Positions 30,319 to 40,590 of a stretch of 64,000 nucleotides of DNA are shown here, one piece after another; the stretch's first letter is position 1, and every line of letters begins with the position of its first letter. The DNA is from an uncultured Verrucomicrobiae bacterium. GTDB taxonomy: Bacteria; Verrucomicrobiota; Verrucomicrobiia; Chthoniobacterales; UBA10450. Position numbers and translations under genes: made by a program. Below the pieces are notes generated by a model that saw only the letters and a program-made list of their open reading frames with translations, did no database searches and was not told the DNA's origin. The stretch spans positions 1,671,602 through 1,735,601 of the forward strand of contig CAWFGO010000001.1 of assembly GCA_963815455.1 (NCBI GenBank). Direction: 5' to 3'.

Positions 30319-30773
30319 ATGGCCAAGAAGACCAAACGAAAAATCGCGTATTCGAAGCTGCCGATGCAACGGCAGTTGAATCTGCAACATGAGGGCAGGC
30401 ACTTCGATCTTCGGCGAATTTTTGACGACCTGAATGAGCGCTATTTTCGCGGACGGCTGCGCAATTACAAAGTGATGTGGGGACGCCGGCGAAAACATCG
30501 GCCGCGCGAATATTTTGTTTTCGGCACGATCCAGGAAGAGGACCGCGTGATTCGAATCAATCCGATGCTCGATCAACCGTTCGTGCCGGCTTTGGTTTCT
30601 GCGCTACGTGCTTTATCACGAGATGCTGCATTCTGTCGTCCCGGATGAGCCCCTGGCTGGCGGCCGCCGCCGAGTTCACACGGAAGAGTTCAATCGCCGA
30701 GAGCGGAAGTTCCGTGGTTACTCAGCGCGCCCGGCGCTGGGAAGAAGAGAACCTCGCGCGCTTCCTGCGCTGA
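30319..30773 (+). CDS. SprT-like zinc metalloprotease domain protein (frameshifted)
   Basis: FDDLNERYF, IRINP.LD, LYHEMLH (HExxH), RRVHTEEF. Confidence 0.75.
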
Positions 30774-30931
30774 GTCCGCTCAGGGCCTTTCGGTCGCAGC
30801 TCGGACGCGTACCCCATCTCAGACGGCGAGAGGGTCGTCGCTACGTTCTTTTTGATCAGGTACCAGAGCGTTGTCGCGAGAAGCAGGGAGATCAACTTCG
30901 CGCGCCAATTGTTCAGGATCAGTTTCTTCAT
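30722..30931 (-). CDS. Short CdaR/YbbR-like membrane peptide (N-terminal TM only)
   Basis: MKKLILNNWRAKLISLLLATTLWYLI matches the typical CdaR N-terminus; overlaps the dacA 3' end. Confidence 0.55.
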   Translation of the reverse strand: MKKLILNNWRAKLISLLLATTLWYLIKKNVATTLSPSEMGYASELRPKGPERTQRRKRARFSSSQRRAR

Positions 30932-31700
30932 AGTCGCGGTGCAATAAAACTTCGGCGATGCGTTGACGAAATGTTTCCGGCGTAAAATCGCGCTCGATCC
31001 GCCGGCGGTGGCAAAGGGTAATCGCCCCGGTCTCTTCGGAGACAATGATGGCCACGGCGTCCGATTCCTCCGTGATCCCGAGCCCGGCCCGATGGCGCAG
31101 GCCCAGGCTTCGGTCCAGCGTTTCGCGCTGGCTGACCGGGAAAATGCACGCCGCCGCCGCGATGCGGCCATTGCGCACAATGACTCCGCCATCGTGCAGG
31201 GCCGCTTTGGGATGAAAGATCGACAGCATGAGCTCAACCGAAAGTTCGCCATCGATCGTCACACCGCTCTCTTCATAAACACGAATCGAAGTGTCGCGCT
31301 CGATTGCGATCAGGGCGCCGAATTGCTTGTTGGCCAGCTGGGTCACCGCTTCGGCCAGATCGTGGACAGTCTCGCGTTTCTCGCTGGTGAGGGAAAAGAT
31401 CGGATGGCCGCCCAGCTCGGCCAAGGCGCGCCGCAGTTCCGGTTGAAAAATGACCACCAGCGCGATGGCGAGGAAGACGGAAAAGCTTCGCAAAATCCAT
31501 CCGATCACGACGAGATTCAGCAAGGTCGAGATCAACGTGAGCGTCAGAAAAACGATGGCCATGCCGGTTAACACTTTTGCGCCACGGGTGCCGCGAAAAT
31601 AGAGGTAGCCGTAGTAGATCACCACGGTAAGCAGGATGATCTCGATGATGCTGCGCCAGCTGGTGAACCAAAGATCGATGAATTCCTGGATCATTTTCAT
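30819..31700 (-). CDS. dacA: Diadenylate cyclase CdaA/DacA
   Basis: Three TMs, VIFQPELRRAL, GALIAIER, LHDGG, GLRHRAGLG, VSEETG. Confidence 0.93.
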   Translation of the reverse strand: MKMIQEFIDLWFTSWRSIIEIILLTVVIYYGYLYFRGTRGAKVLTGMAIVFLTLTLISTLLNLVVIGWILRSFSVFLAIALVVIFQPELRRALAELGGHPIFSLTSEKRETVHDLAEAVTQLANKQFGALIAIERDTSIRVYEESGVTIDGELSVELMLSIFHPKAALHDGGVIVRNGRIAAAACIFPVSQRETLDRSLGLRHRAGLGITEESDAVAIIVSEETGAITLCHRRRIERDFTPETFRQRIAEVLLHRDYEETDPEQLAREVDLPASRDNALVPDQKERSDDPLAV

Positions 31701-32544
31701 TTCGCCAGAATTGCTTCCGCTACCCGTAAAGCCCGGACATTTTCTTTCACGTCGTGAACCCGAAAAACATTCGCGCCCCGCGCGACCGCAGAAGCGAAGT
31801 CAACGCAACCGTTGGCGCGAGCCGGTCGCTCATTTCGGCCGATCCGGCCAGCTTGCTAAGGAATGATTTTCGAGAAACACCCACCACCAACGGGCGCTCG
31901 GGCACGCGGAGGCGTTCGAGATTCCCGAGCAGCTCAAGATTGTGCGCGAGCGTTTTCCCGAAACCGATTCCCGGATCAAACGCGATGGCCATTGGATCAA
32001 TACCGCACTCTAGGGCGCGCTCATATTGTTGTCGAAAAAAATCGGCCACTTCCGAAACCACATCGATATATCGCGGCTCGATCTGCATCGTTCGCGGATC
32101 TCCCTGCATATGCATGACGATGAACGCCGCTTTGGTTTCGGCAACGAGCGGCATCATTCGTTTGTCGCCGCGTCCGCCGGTTACGTCGTTGACAATCGAG
32201 GCGCCCGCTTCAATCGCCGCCCGCGCCACTTCCGCTTTCGAAGTGTCGATCGAGATCGGGTTGTCGATCATGCCCCGCAATCTTTCAATCACCGGCACCA
32301 CCCGGCGAAGTTCCGTATCATTTTCCACCGGCTCGGCTCCGGGCCGGGTCGATTCGCCGCCGGTGTCGATGATGTCCGCGCCCTCCGCAGCCATCATCAC
32401 GCCGCGCTCAACCGCTTTCTCCGGAGAAAAATGTTGGCCTCCATCGAAGAAGGAATCGGGGGTTACATTCAGGACTCCCATGATTAATCCGTGACGCGAA
32501 ACATCGACAACGCGTCCCGCGATTTTCCAAAACGTCCCACCCAT
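31697..32544 (-). CDS. folP: Dihydropteroate synthase (frameshift near 31775)
   Basis: MGVLNVTPDSF, GGESTRPG, SIDT, MHMQG, DPGIGFGK, GVSRKS. Confidence 0.95.
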
Positions 32545-32596
32545 TACGAAATGAGACTAACACACCTAACGCTTTATTCGAAATCGGAACGATTCC

Positions 32597-32735
32597 TGTC
32601 ATCCCGAGTCGCGGAGACGACGAGGGACCCCACGGTCGAGCGCAACGTGCCGAGTCATACTGCCGACACGACCGCATCGTTACTTGGGAACCGTGCTCCG
32701 CATCGCGAGGTCCTTCGCTTCGCTCGAGGATGACA
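32597..32735. repeat. REP-like palindromic element, same family as 2167-2247
   Basis: TGTCATCCCGAG...GAGGGACC ... GGTCCTTCG..CTCGAGGATGACA. Confidence 0.7.
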
Positions 32736-32802
32736 AATTGACCAAACAGCTTTGGAATGCCGGCGTTCTCGCACCGCTTTCCGATTCACGCGGGAAGAGT
32801 GC

Positions 32803-33339
32803 CTACTTGTGCGAGTAGCGTCCCATCAATTGTCCCTGGGCGATGACGTGGCCGCTCATCGCCTGGTCGAGATCCTTGCGTTTCGCGCCGGATGGGAGAT
32901 CGATCGTCTTGTCGAGCGCGAAAATTTTGAAGTAGTATCGGTGCGTGCCCGACGGCGGCTGCGGCCCGTCATAGCCCAGACCAGGATAATCGTTCGTGCC
33001 CTGGAGCGCGCTTTTGGGCACATCGTTTTCGGCGATTTCAGTTGTTTTCGGATCGATGTTCCAAACCAGCCAATGCGTAAATAGACCGACCGGCGCATCG
33101 GGATCATCCACGATCAGCGCCAGACTTTTCGCGTTTTGCGGCGCTCCTTCTATCCGCAGTTGCGGGCTGACGTTCTGGCCATTCTTGCTGAATTTTTCAG
33201 GAATGATTCCACCTTCCTGAAATGCTGAGCTCGTGATTTTCATCTTTGCACCTCCTGCGAGAACCGGGTCGTTGCCAGCGGCGAGCACCGCAATCGCAAA
33301 TGCGCCGGCAACGATCATGTTCTTGACTGCTGATTTCAT
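32803..33339 (-). CDS. YbhB/YbcL (PEBP/Raf kinase inhibitor-like) protein, exported
   Basis: ALIVDDPDAP, FTHWLVWNI, GYDGPQPPSGTHRYYFKIFALD. Confidence 0.93.
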   Translation of the reverse strand: MKSAVKNMIVAGAFAIAVLAAGNDPVLAGGAKMKITSSAFQEGGIIPEKFSKNGQNVSPQLRIEGAPQNAKSLALIVDDPDAPVGLFTHWLVWNIDPKTTEIAENDVPKSALQGTNDYPGLGYDGPQPPSGTHRYYFKIFALDKTIDLPSGAKRKDLDQAMSGHVIAQGQLMGRYSHK

Positions 33340-33393
33340 GTCGAAATCTCGTTACATCGAGAGTAAAGAGAACACATTATCCTTTCGCCACAA

Positions 33394-35604
33394 ATGACTC
33401 AAGACGGACGTAAACTTCGGGAACAAATTCTGGCCCTGCTGGCGCGCAAGGATTACCGGCCGCTCGACAAGGACGAGCTGGCCAGGGAACTGGGACGCAA
33501 GAGTGGCGTGCGCATGGGACTCAACCAGGTGCTGCGCGACCTCGAACGCGACGGCGAAGTCGTGCGCATCCGCAAGAACCGCTACGTTCTTCCGGCCGAG
33601 GCGGATCTGGTTGCCGGCAAGTTGTCGATCCACCAGGCCGGTTACGGTTTCCTGGTCACGGATAAACCGGCGGAGCAGGATGTTTTTGTTCCGGCCGAGA
33701 ATACCGGGACGGCAATGCATGGCGATCGCGTTGTGGTGCGGATCAGCCACGATGAACCGTCTGCGCGCCGAAAGGCCAAAGGTGGACCGGCAGATCGGAA
33801 TCGGCGGCCCGAAGGCCGGGTGATTCGAATTCTGGAGCGGGCGCACAACACGATCGTGGGCACCCTTCAGCATTCGAGGAATTTTTATTACGTCGTGCCG
33901 GACGATCCGCGGCTGGTGCACGATGTCTACGTTAAGCCCCCGAAAGATCGACGCGGGAACGAGGCCGCCGCGGCAGTGGGCGATAAAGTGGTGGTTCGTT
34001 TCGAGGCGTGGGAATCGCGCCACGTCAACCCGGAAGGCGAGATCGTGGAGGTCCTCGGGCCGGCCTCGGCCCCGGGGATCGACATGTTGTCGATCATCCG
34101 GAAGTATCACTTGCCGACGGAATTTCCCTTGAGCGTTCTGGAAGAAGCAGACGGGATTCCGGAAAAGGTGGATGCGCGGATGTTCGATGGCCGCGAAGAT
34201 TTGCGGGAGAAATTCATTGTCACGATCGACCCGGACGACGCGAAGGATTTTGACGATGCCATCCAGGTCGAGAAAATCGACAACGGCGGCTGGCTGCTCG
34301 GCGTGCACATTGCCGACGTTGCCGCCTACGTGACTCCCGGCAGCGCGCTCGACCGTGAAGCGCGCATGCGCGGGAACAGCGTTTATCTGCCCGATCGGGT
34401 GATTCCGATGTTGCCGGAGCGTTTGAGCAACGGCGTCTGCAGTCTCAAACCGAATGTCGATCGGTTGACCCATTCGGTTTTTATCCAGTTCGACCGGCGC
34501 GGGGTCGCCAAGAACGGGCGGTTTACCCGCAGCGTGATTCGCAGCGCGCAGCGGCTCACCTACAAGGAGGCGTTTGCGCTGCTAAAATCGCCGCCGCACG
34601 ATCGGCTGGTGGAACAGTTGCATCGTGCCTGGGAACTGGCGGCGCTGCTCCGGCGCAAACGTTTCGAGCACGGCTCGCTTGATCTCGATTTTCCCGAAGT
34701 AAAAGTGCGGGTCGATAAGGACGGCAAGCCGGTAAAACTGGAGAGGATCGAGAACGACGAATCGCACCAGCTCATCGAAGAGTTCATGCTGGCCGCGAAT
34801 GAAGCGGTCGCGCGGGAATTGAAAACGCGCGGGATTCCCACCATTTATCGCGTTCATGAAGATCCCGATCCGGACAAGCTGGCGGAATATCGCGAGTTCG
34901 TCCTCAGCTTCAATTACAACATCGGCGATCTAACGAAGCGGCCCGAATTGCAACGTCTGCTGGCGTCGTTTCGCGGGAAACCGGAGGAGCAGGCGTTAAA
35001 AGTCGGATTGCTCAAGAGTTTGAAGCGGGCGCGCTATTTGCCGCAGCCGCTCGGACATTACGGCCTGGCTAAGACCAATTATCTCCACTTCACCAGCCCG
35101 ATCCGGCGTTATGCCGATCTGGTGGTGCATCGGGCGCTGGCGGAAGCCGAGTCGAAGCAGCGATCGAGGATCGACATCGGCCAGCTTGGCTCGCTCGCCG
35201 AACACATTTCGACGACCGAACGAAATGCGGCCGAGGCGGAGATGGACGCCGTGCGGATGAAGACGCTGGAGTTTTTCCAACGGCAATTGGACGCGCGCGA
35301 TCCGCAGATTTTTCCGGCCGCGGTTGTCGATGTTCGCAATTACGGACTAATGGTCGAATTGCCGGACGCCATGATCACCGGCCTGATCCATGTGTCGTCG
35401 CTCACCGGCGATTTTTATTCGTTTGATCCCGTGCAACGCCGGTTAATTGGCCGGCGCACACGCAAACGGTTCAGCGTAGGCGACCAGGTCCGGGTCTTCG
35501 TCGCTCGCGTGGACACGTTCAAACGCCAGATCGATTTCGCGCTGGTCGATGATGGGAAACGCCGGGCCAATCAACCGCAGAGAACGCAGAGGAGGCGGAG
35601 ATAA
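33394..35604 (+). CDS. rnr: Ribonuclease R
   Basis: HTH, cold-shock domains, TIDPDDAKDFDDAI, LIEEFMLAAN, HFTSPIRRYADL, S1 domain. Confidence 0.96.
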   Translation: MTQDGRKLREQILALLARKDYRPLDKDELARELGRKSGVRMGLNQVLRDLERDGEVVRIRKNRYVLPAEADLVAGKLSIHQAGYGFLVTDKPAEQDVFVPAENTGTAMHGDRVVVRISHDEPSARRKAKGGPADRNRRPEGRVIRILERAHNTIVGTLQHSRNFYYVVPDDPRLVHDVYVKPPKDRRGNEAAAAVGDKVVVRFEAWESRHVNPEGEIVEVLGPASAPGIDMLSIIRKYHLPTEFPLSVLEEADGIPEKVDARMFDGREDLREKFIVTIDPDDAKDFDDAIQVEKIDNGGWLLGVHIADVAAYVTPGSALDREARMRGNSVYLPDRVIPMLPERLSNGVCSLKPNVDRLTHSVFIQFDRRGVAKNGRFTRSVIRSAQRLTYKEAFALLKSPPHDRLVEQLHRAWELAALLRRKRFEHGSLDLDFPEVKVRVDKDGKPVKLERIENDESHQLIEEFMLAANEAVARELKTRGIPTIYRVHEDPDPDKLAEYREFVLSFNYNIGDLTKRPELQRLLASFRGKPEEQALKVGLLKSLKRARYLPQPLGHYGLAKTNYLHFTSPIRRYADLVVHRALAEAESKQRSRIDIGQLGSLAEHISTTERNAAEAEMDAVRMKTLEFFQRQLDARDPQIFPAAVVDVRNYGLMVELPDAMITGLIHVSSLTGDFYSFDPVQRRLIGRRTRKRFSVGDQVRVFVARVDTFKRQIDFALVDDGKRRANQPQRTQRRRR

Positions 35605-35826
35605 CTTCAGTCTCGTCGCCGCCGGAATCGCCGTGTTCCGAGGAATCTGGAGTGATCCGAATTATCAGCGCAATCCGCGGTTAAAACCTCGGCTGGCGGC
35701 GGCTCGACTTTTAACGCCCATTGCAGGAGAAGAGGGGCCTTCGACCAATAATATGTGAATAACTTGACTCAAGAATTTTCTTCCATTTCGCCGATCCGTC
35801 CAGTTAAACTCCGCCCTTTGTCAGCA

Positions 35827-36036
35827 ATGGATAACATCATTGAAGCGAAAGAGCTGCAGATAGAGCGCAAGCACTTCTACGTCGAGTTCCGCGAGAACGA
35901 TCGGGGGAAATTCTTGCGCATTACCGAAGAAGCGCATGGCCGCCGTAACACCATCATCGTGCCGAGCACGGGCGTGGATGAATTTACTACGGCCATCGAC
36001 GAAGTGCTCGAGAGCGTCGAGATCGCTCCGGCCTGA
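35827..36036 (+). CDS. Single-repeat PUR-family ssDNA/RNA-binding protein
   Basis: KELQIERKHFYVEFRENDRGKFLRITE..GRRNTIIVP is a PUR repeat. Confidence 0.8.
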   Translation: MDNIIEAKELQIERKHFYVEFRENDRGKFLRITEEAHGRRNTIIVPSTGVDEFTTAIDEVLESVEIAPA

Positions 36037-36172
36037 TCCGAACTCTTTTCGGGTCCCCGGCAACGATCACCGCGATGATTTGGCGAAGCCGGCGGCCCTT
36101 TCCGAACTTCGGATGCTTGCACCTGACAGAATTCCGCGCCTTTTCTTAAGTCAACCGGCCGTTGCTTGGCGG

Positions 36173-36568
36173 TCAGCGACTGTTCTTCGCGACCCGGAGC
36201 TTTACCAGTTTCCGCACCAGAGCGGCCGGCAGAGGTTTGTCCGCCGGAAAACGGATGGTGCCTTTGGTGGTGTCGTAGTCCTGGAGCTCGTCCTTAAGGA
36301 TCTCCAATACAGAACCCGGGTAGAAAGCGCAGTGGTTCGCGGCGGCGCCGTAGGCCACAAGCAGTTTCCCATTTAGACGAAACGCGGGAAGGTCGTAGCT
36401 GATGCATTCCTCCGCTCCCGGCGCCGCGGCCCTGATCGCCTTCCGAAGCGCCTCGAGCGCAGCTCGTTTGTCAGGGCTAACCGTTGCGAGGTAAGCGGCG
36501 GGTGTCTTGGGCTTGCCTGTCCGGGCCGCTTTCCGAGTCCGCCGATGGCTGGTTTTCTGCAATTTCAT
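36173..36568 (-). CDS. DUF1801 (YdhG-like) protein
   Basis: AAPGAEECISYDLPAF, HCAFYP, KGTIRFP.DKPLP. Confidence 0.88.
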   Translation of the reverse strand: MKLQKTSHRRTRKAARTGKPKTPAAYLATVSPDKRAALEALRKAIRAAAPGAEECISYDLPAFRLNGKLLVAYGAAANHCAFYPGSVLEILKDELQDYDTTKGTIRFPADKPLPAALVRKLVKLRVAKNSR

Positions 36569-36619
36569 CTCATTGACCTACACGATCCGCTGACCAAACA
36601 ACCTTTGACCCAACCGGAC

Positions 36620-36682
36620 CTAATCAAGATCGACATCGACGCGCAACGCCAAAGAGCGGTTGACTGGAGCGTTTTGTTAGAC
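36620..36682 (-). repeat. Truncated terminal attC (gene-proximal half only)
   Basis: Nearly identical to 44793-44854; the distal arm is missing. Confidence 0.8.
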
Positions 36683-36685
36683 CCA

Positions 36686-37186
36686 TTACTTTTTATCCGG
36701 CAATGACATAGTAACGAAAGGCTCGTCCGGGCCTTTAACCTTCCGTGGGCCGTTAACGACTCGAACCTGGACTGGAAAAAGCGCCGAAGGCGGTTTGGGT
36801 ACAATCTTCGGAAGATGGAGATGTTCTCTGATACACTCCGCGTAGGGATTTTTGGGCTCGTGAAATAGCGAGTCGACGTGCCCCTCAATCGAGACAAGAA
36901 AAATCATGACCTCGGACGCATCCGGCTTAAATGCGGGCGTGTCACACGCTCGCATCGCTTCGACAATGCTTTTGCTGATGCTCTGCAGGAACTTCAGCAC
37001 ATACGCGTGCCCGGCGCTCGTGCTGAACTTCTGCTGAGCTTTCTCTCCCAGAACTTCGTGGGTGGCCTTCACGGTGGCGTCGCGAACAATCGCCTCCAAC
37101 TCTGGCGAAATCGTAGCGCTCTTGTCCTGAGCCGCGCCCGTGAGAGCGGTCGCAGCCGATATGAGGAGGATCAGCGTAGTGCGCAT
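36686..37186 (-). CDS. Cassette 11: exported hypothetical protein
   Basis: Signal peptide MRTTLILLISAATALTGAAQ; lies between attC sites. Confidence 0.75.
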   Translation of the reverse strand: MRTTLILLISAATALTGAAQDKSATISPELEAIVRDATVKATHEVLGEKAQQKFSTSAGHAYVLKFLQSISKSIVEAMRACDTPAFKPDASEVMIFLVSIEGHVDSLFHEPKNPYAECIREHLHLPKIVPKPPSALFPVQVRVVNGPRKVKGPDEPFVTMSLPDKK

Positions 37187-37315
37187 AGGTCTAACGAGAA
37201 CAAGATGAGCGACGGCGGACGGGGGCGCGCGTTGCTCGGAGTGGAAGGGTGAAAATCATCTCAAATGTGGAGCGCACGGCGGTCCGCCGTTCGCTGCATC
37301 GCCTTATAGGTTAAC

Positions 37316-37617
37316 CAGAGTTGTTCATGATCTGCGAAGGGGAGCGCGACAAAAGCGGCTCCCTCATCACCATCGACAGATTGTGAACAACTCTGCGGCC
37401 TCCAAAATGTTGAGCGTTGATAAGTCACCCGTTTTAATTCTTTTTCCACTTTGGGAGAACACGCACCGGCCCGTTACGAATATCCATTGCATGCGGTTCC
37501 AAGACCACTGTAACCAGACTTTCGGACGGGCTCGGTGCGCTCTCGTTCGACAAACGAATTCTCATTTGCCGACGCGTGTTCAACGCCTCGACTATAAGGC
37601 CTTCGCAGAACGGGAGC
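37316..37617 (+). ncRNA. Predicted bridge RNA of element A
   Basis: 5' hairpin (12-bp perfect IR 37316-37327/37384-37395); stem-loop 37463-37538 containing TAACCAG (rc of target CTGGTTA); stem-loop 37539-37617 containing CTATAAG (rc of donor CTTATAG). Confidence 0.75.
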
Positions 37618-37683
37618 AATTGCGTGTTTGCCCAAAAAGGCAAGATTAAAACCTCAATCCAACCAGAAAGGAACCAAACTCCC

Positions 37684-38952
37684 ATGAATCAAACCAACCA
37701 ATCCTTGGCCGCTTACATTGGCCTGGATCGATCGGATAAAAAAATCAACGTGAGCCTGCAGCGAGCCGGTGTTGCCAAAATTGAACGCAGCACCATCAAA
37801 GGCAGTGCCGAATCGCTTCATACCTGGGTGGCCGCGCTCTGCGCTCGGTTCCCGCATCAACGCGTGGCCATCTCTCTGGAGCAGCCGGCGGCCGGGCTCA
37901 TCCACGCGCTGATGGGTTACGAGTTCATCGTTCTGTTTCCCATTAATCCGGTAACCCTGGCCCGGTATCGCGAGGCCTTTACTCCGAGCCGGGCCAAGGA
38001 CGATCCCACGGATGGCGATTTTCTATGTGAACTGGTGGCGTTGCATGGCGAGCAACTCAAAGCCTGGCAACCCGATGATGTCGCTACCCGCAAGCTGCGT
38101 CACTTAGTCCAGGCCCGGCGCCGCAGTGTGAACCTGCGCACCCGGCTCTCCAATCAGCTCAAAGCGCTGTTGAAAAGTTATTTTCCCCAGGCCCTCGAGC
38201 TCTGCGGTGAGGACCTGACTACGCCGATGGCTTGCGCTTTTTTACAAAAATGGCCTTCTCTCCAGCAGCTCAACAAAGCGCGCCAAGAAACGATCCGCCG
38301 CTTTTATTATGCTCACAATGCCCGGCGCGGCGGTGTGATTGAAAAACGGCTTGCTCTGATCGCCCAAGCCGTCCCTCTGACTAACGATGCCGCTCTGATC
38401 GAAAGCTCGATCGTTACCGTTCAAGCGCTGGTTTTGGCCTTGCGCGCCGTTCACACTGCCATTGCCCGATACGATCGCGAGATCGGCCGCACCTTCGCTC
38501 AGCATCCCGACGCTTCACTCTTTGCCGCTCTGCCTGGCAGCGGCACTGTTTATAGCCCCCGGCTCCTGGCCGCCTTCGGCTCGCGGCGTGAGATCTTTGA
38601 AAACGCCGAATCCATGCTCAACTTCAGCGGCATCGCTCCGGTGCTCAAACGCAGTGGCGCCTCCACCACCATTGTTCGGCGTTACGCCCGGCCCCTTTTC
38701 GTTCACCAGAGCTTCATCGAATACGCTAACGAATTGATCCGGCATAGCCTCTGGGCCCGCGCCTTCTACCAGATGCACAAGGAAGCCCAGAAAAGTCACT
38801 GGGTCATCATCCGCGCCCTGGCTTACAAATGGATCCGGATCCTCTTCCGCTGCTGGCAGGAGCGCACCCCCTACGACGAATTGCGCTACCTCAAATCCCT
38901 CCAAAAAAGCCGCTCACCCTTGCTCCAATATCTCGCCCAACCAACCACTTAA
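37684..38952 (+). CDS. IS110-family DEDD recombinase/transposase A
   Basis: YIGLD, SLEQ, AKDDPTDG, LPGSG, GIAPVLKRSG (catalytic Ser), RALAYKWIRI. Confidence 0.95.
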   Translation: MNQTNQSLAAYIGLDRSDKKINVSLQRAGVAKIERSTIKGSAESLHTWVAALCARFPHQRVAISLEQPAAGLIHALMGYEFIVLFPINPVTLARYREAFTPSRAKDDPTDGDFLCELVALHGEQLKAWQPDDVATRKLRHLVQARRRSVNLRTRLSNQLKALLKSYFPQALELCGEDLTTPMACAFLQKWPSLQQLNKARQETIRRFYYAHNARRGGVIEKRLALIAQAVPLTNDAALIESSIVTVQALVLALRAVHTAIARYDREIGRTFAQHPDASLFAALPGSGTVYSPRLLAAFGSRREIFENAESMLNFSGIAPVLKRSGASTTIVRRYARPLFVHQSFIEYANELIRHSLWARAFYQMHKEAQKSHWVIIRALAYKWIRILFRCWQERTPYDELRYLKSLQKSRSPLLQYLAQPTT

Positions 38953-39024
38953 CCCGCCTCAATAACCTCACTCAAAACTATTGACGGACTACCTCAGATG
39001 TCTGGTTAGATGGTGGACGTGGCT

Positions 39025-39270
39025 TCATCTCGGATGGTGAAAGAGACTCTTCATAAAATGGTAACCATGATATCCGACGATTACCACGAGCGACCAAAAT
39101 CCCGTGCAAACGATTACAGCGAGAGCCTTCGCGAGTAATAGTTGCGGCCATGTGCAATCACATGCAGGGGCTGCGAGCAAACCCGACATCACTCCAAGAA
39201 AGAAAACGGCGTATAGAAAGAAGCGATGAGGTCTCTGATCGAGTGTTGGCTCTTCAATGGGCTTCATCAT
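39025..39270 (-). CDS. Cassette 10: small two-TM protein (MKPI family)
   Basis: MMKPI...GYHGYHFMKSLF; similar to 44162-44404. Confidence 0.7.
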   Translation of the reverse strand: MMKPIEEPTLDQRPHRFFLYAVFFLGVMSGLLAAPACDCTWPQLLLAKALAVIVCTGFWSLVVIVGYHGYHFMKSLFHHPR

Positions 39271-39421
39271 CTAACGAGACGGAAGTGAGCTACCGCCACC
39301 GAGAGCGAGCGGGGCTCGAAGTAAAGAGGTTCTAGTCATCTGAAAATGTGAGCGTACAACGGTCCGCCGTTAGATGCCATGAAGGGTTGAAAAGCGTGGG
39401 CAAAACGGGCACACGCGTTGT

Positions 39422-40542
39422 ATGAAAAACAAAACAACAACAACCCTTCATGGCGGAGAGAAGTTTAACAATTCAAGCGCCCCTGGCAATGGGGCAGTGA
39501 GGCGGGTGTGGAAGCTTGGGCTGGACGTGGACCTGCGTTTTATGGTGGTGGCGATCCAGTGTGGGCGGGGAACGATTGGGCCGGCGCGGAAGTATACTCG
39601 CGAGCAGTTGCTCGAGTGGGTGAAGCAAAAAGTGGGTGTAGGCGATGTGGTCTACGCGGTGTGGGAATGCTGCGGATTTGGGTACACGTTCACGAGCAAT
39701 TAACTCAAGCGGGAGCAAAGAGCGTCGGGACGACCCCGATGCGATTAAATTTGGAGCGGCGGCGGAAGAACGACCGGATGGATGCGCGCGAGTTGTGTGT
39801 GCGATTGAGCCGTTACCTGGATGGGCAGAGAGAGGAATTAAGACCAATCCGAATCCCGAGCCGGGCGGAGCAACAACGGCGGGAGCTGGGGCGGCAGCGG
39901 GAGTTTTGGAAACGCCAAGTGCGGCGGCTGGAGAATCACGGGCGAGCGCTGCGGATCGAGCACGAGCATGAGACGCTGGAGGCTGGGTGGGGCGGACCGC
40001 GGAAGTGGAAACGAATCGGGCCGCAGTGCAGCGAGTTTGTGCGCGGGCAGCTTGAACCGGTCATGGAACAGATCCGAGCGGCCAAAGCGCAATTGGATCG
40101 GTTGACCCAGGAGATTGAAGCGCTGGTGAGGGAAGAAAAAATCCCGACGGGATTGGGTGCGCTAACGGTATCGCTGATCGACGGGGAGGTGTGCGATTGG
40201 CAACGCTTCAAGCATCGCAAAGCCGTGGGCAGTTACACTGGGTGTTGTCCTAGCGAATACAGTTCGGCCGGGATCCAGCGTTTTGGAAGCATCGACCGGC
40301 ACGGCAACAAACATTTGCGCACGCTCCTGGTCGAGGCGGTCTGGCGACTTCTTCGCTGGCAGCCTAACTGGCATGCTCGTCAGAAATATCTGGAGAAATT
40401 AAGGCACGGCGCCTCGCTGAAAAAGAAAATCGCAGTGGCCCTGGCCCGGCAACTGGCCATAGACATCTGGCGTTGGCGAACCGGCCGGGCCAGTGCCGCC
40501 GAACTGGGCTGGAGCCTGTCTACATCCCAGGTGAAACCCTAA
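39422..40542 (+). CDS. IS110-family recombinase B (frameshift near 39690)
   Basis: LGLDVD, WECCGFGY, RKNDRMDA, GCCPSEYSSAG, GNKHLRTLLVEAVW, VALARQLA. Confidence 0.9.
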
Positions 40543-40590
40543 CAAACAGATTTAACCCTCAGCTTTTACGAAACGGAACTTCCAAGCAAA

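Larger units (their letters stand above)
37305..39003 (+). mobile_element. IS110-family element A (IS110-group layout: long left non-coding end, CT core)
   Basis: CT at both junctions (37303-37304, 39002-39003), no TSD or terminal IR, DEDD recombinase inside. Confidence 0.9.
37189..39011 (-). repeat. attC 10, split by IS110 element A (halves 37189-37304 and 39004-39011)
   Basis: Rejoining at the duplicated CT restores ...GCTGCATCGCCTGGTTAGAT, which pairs with GTCTAACGAGAACAAGATGAGC. Confidence 0.88.
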
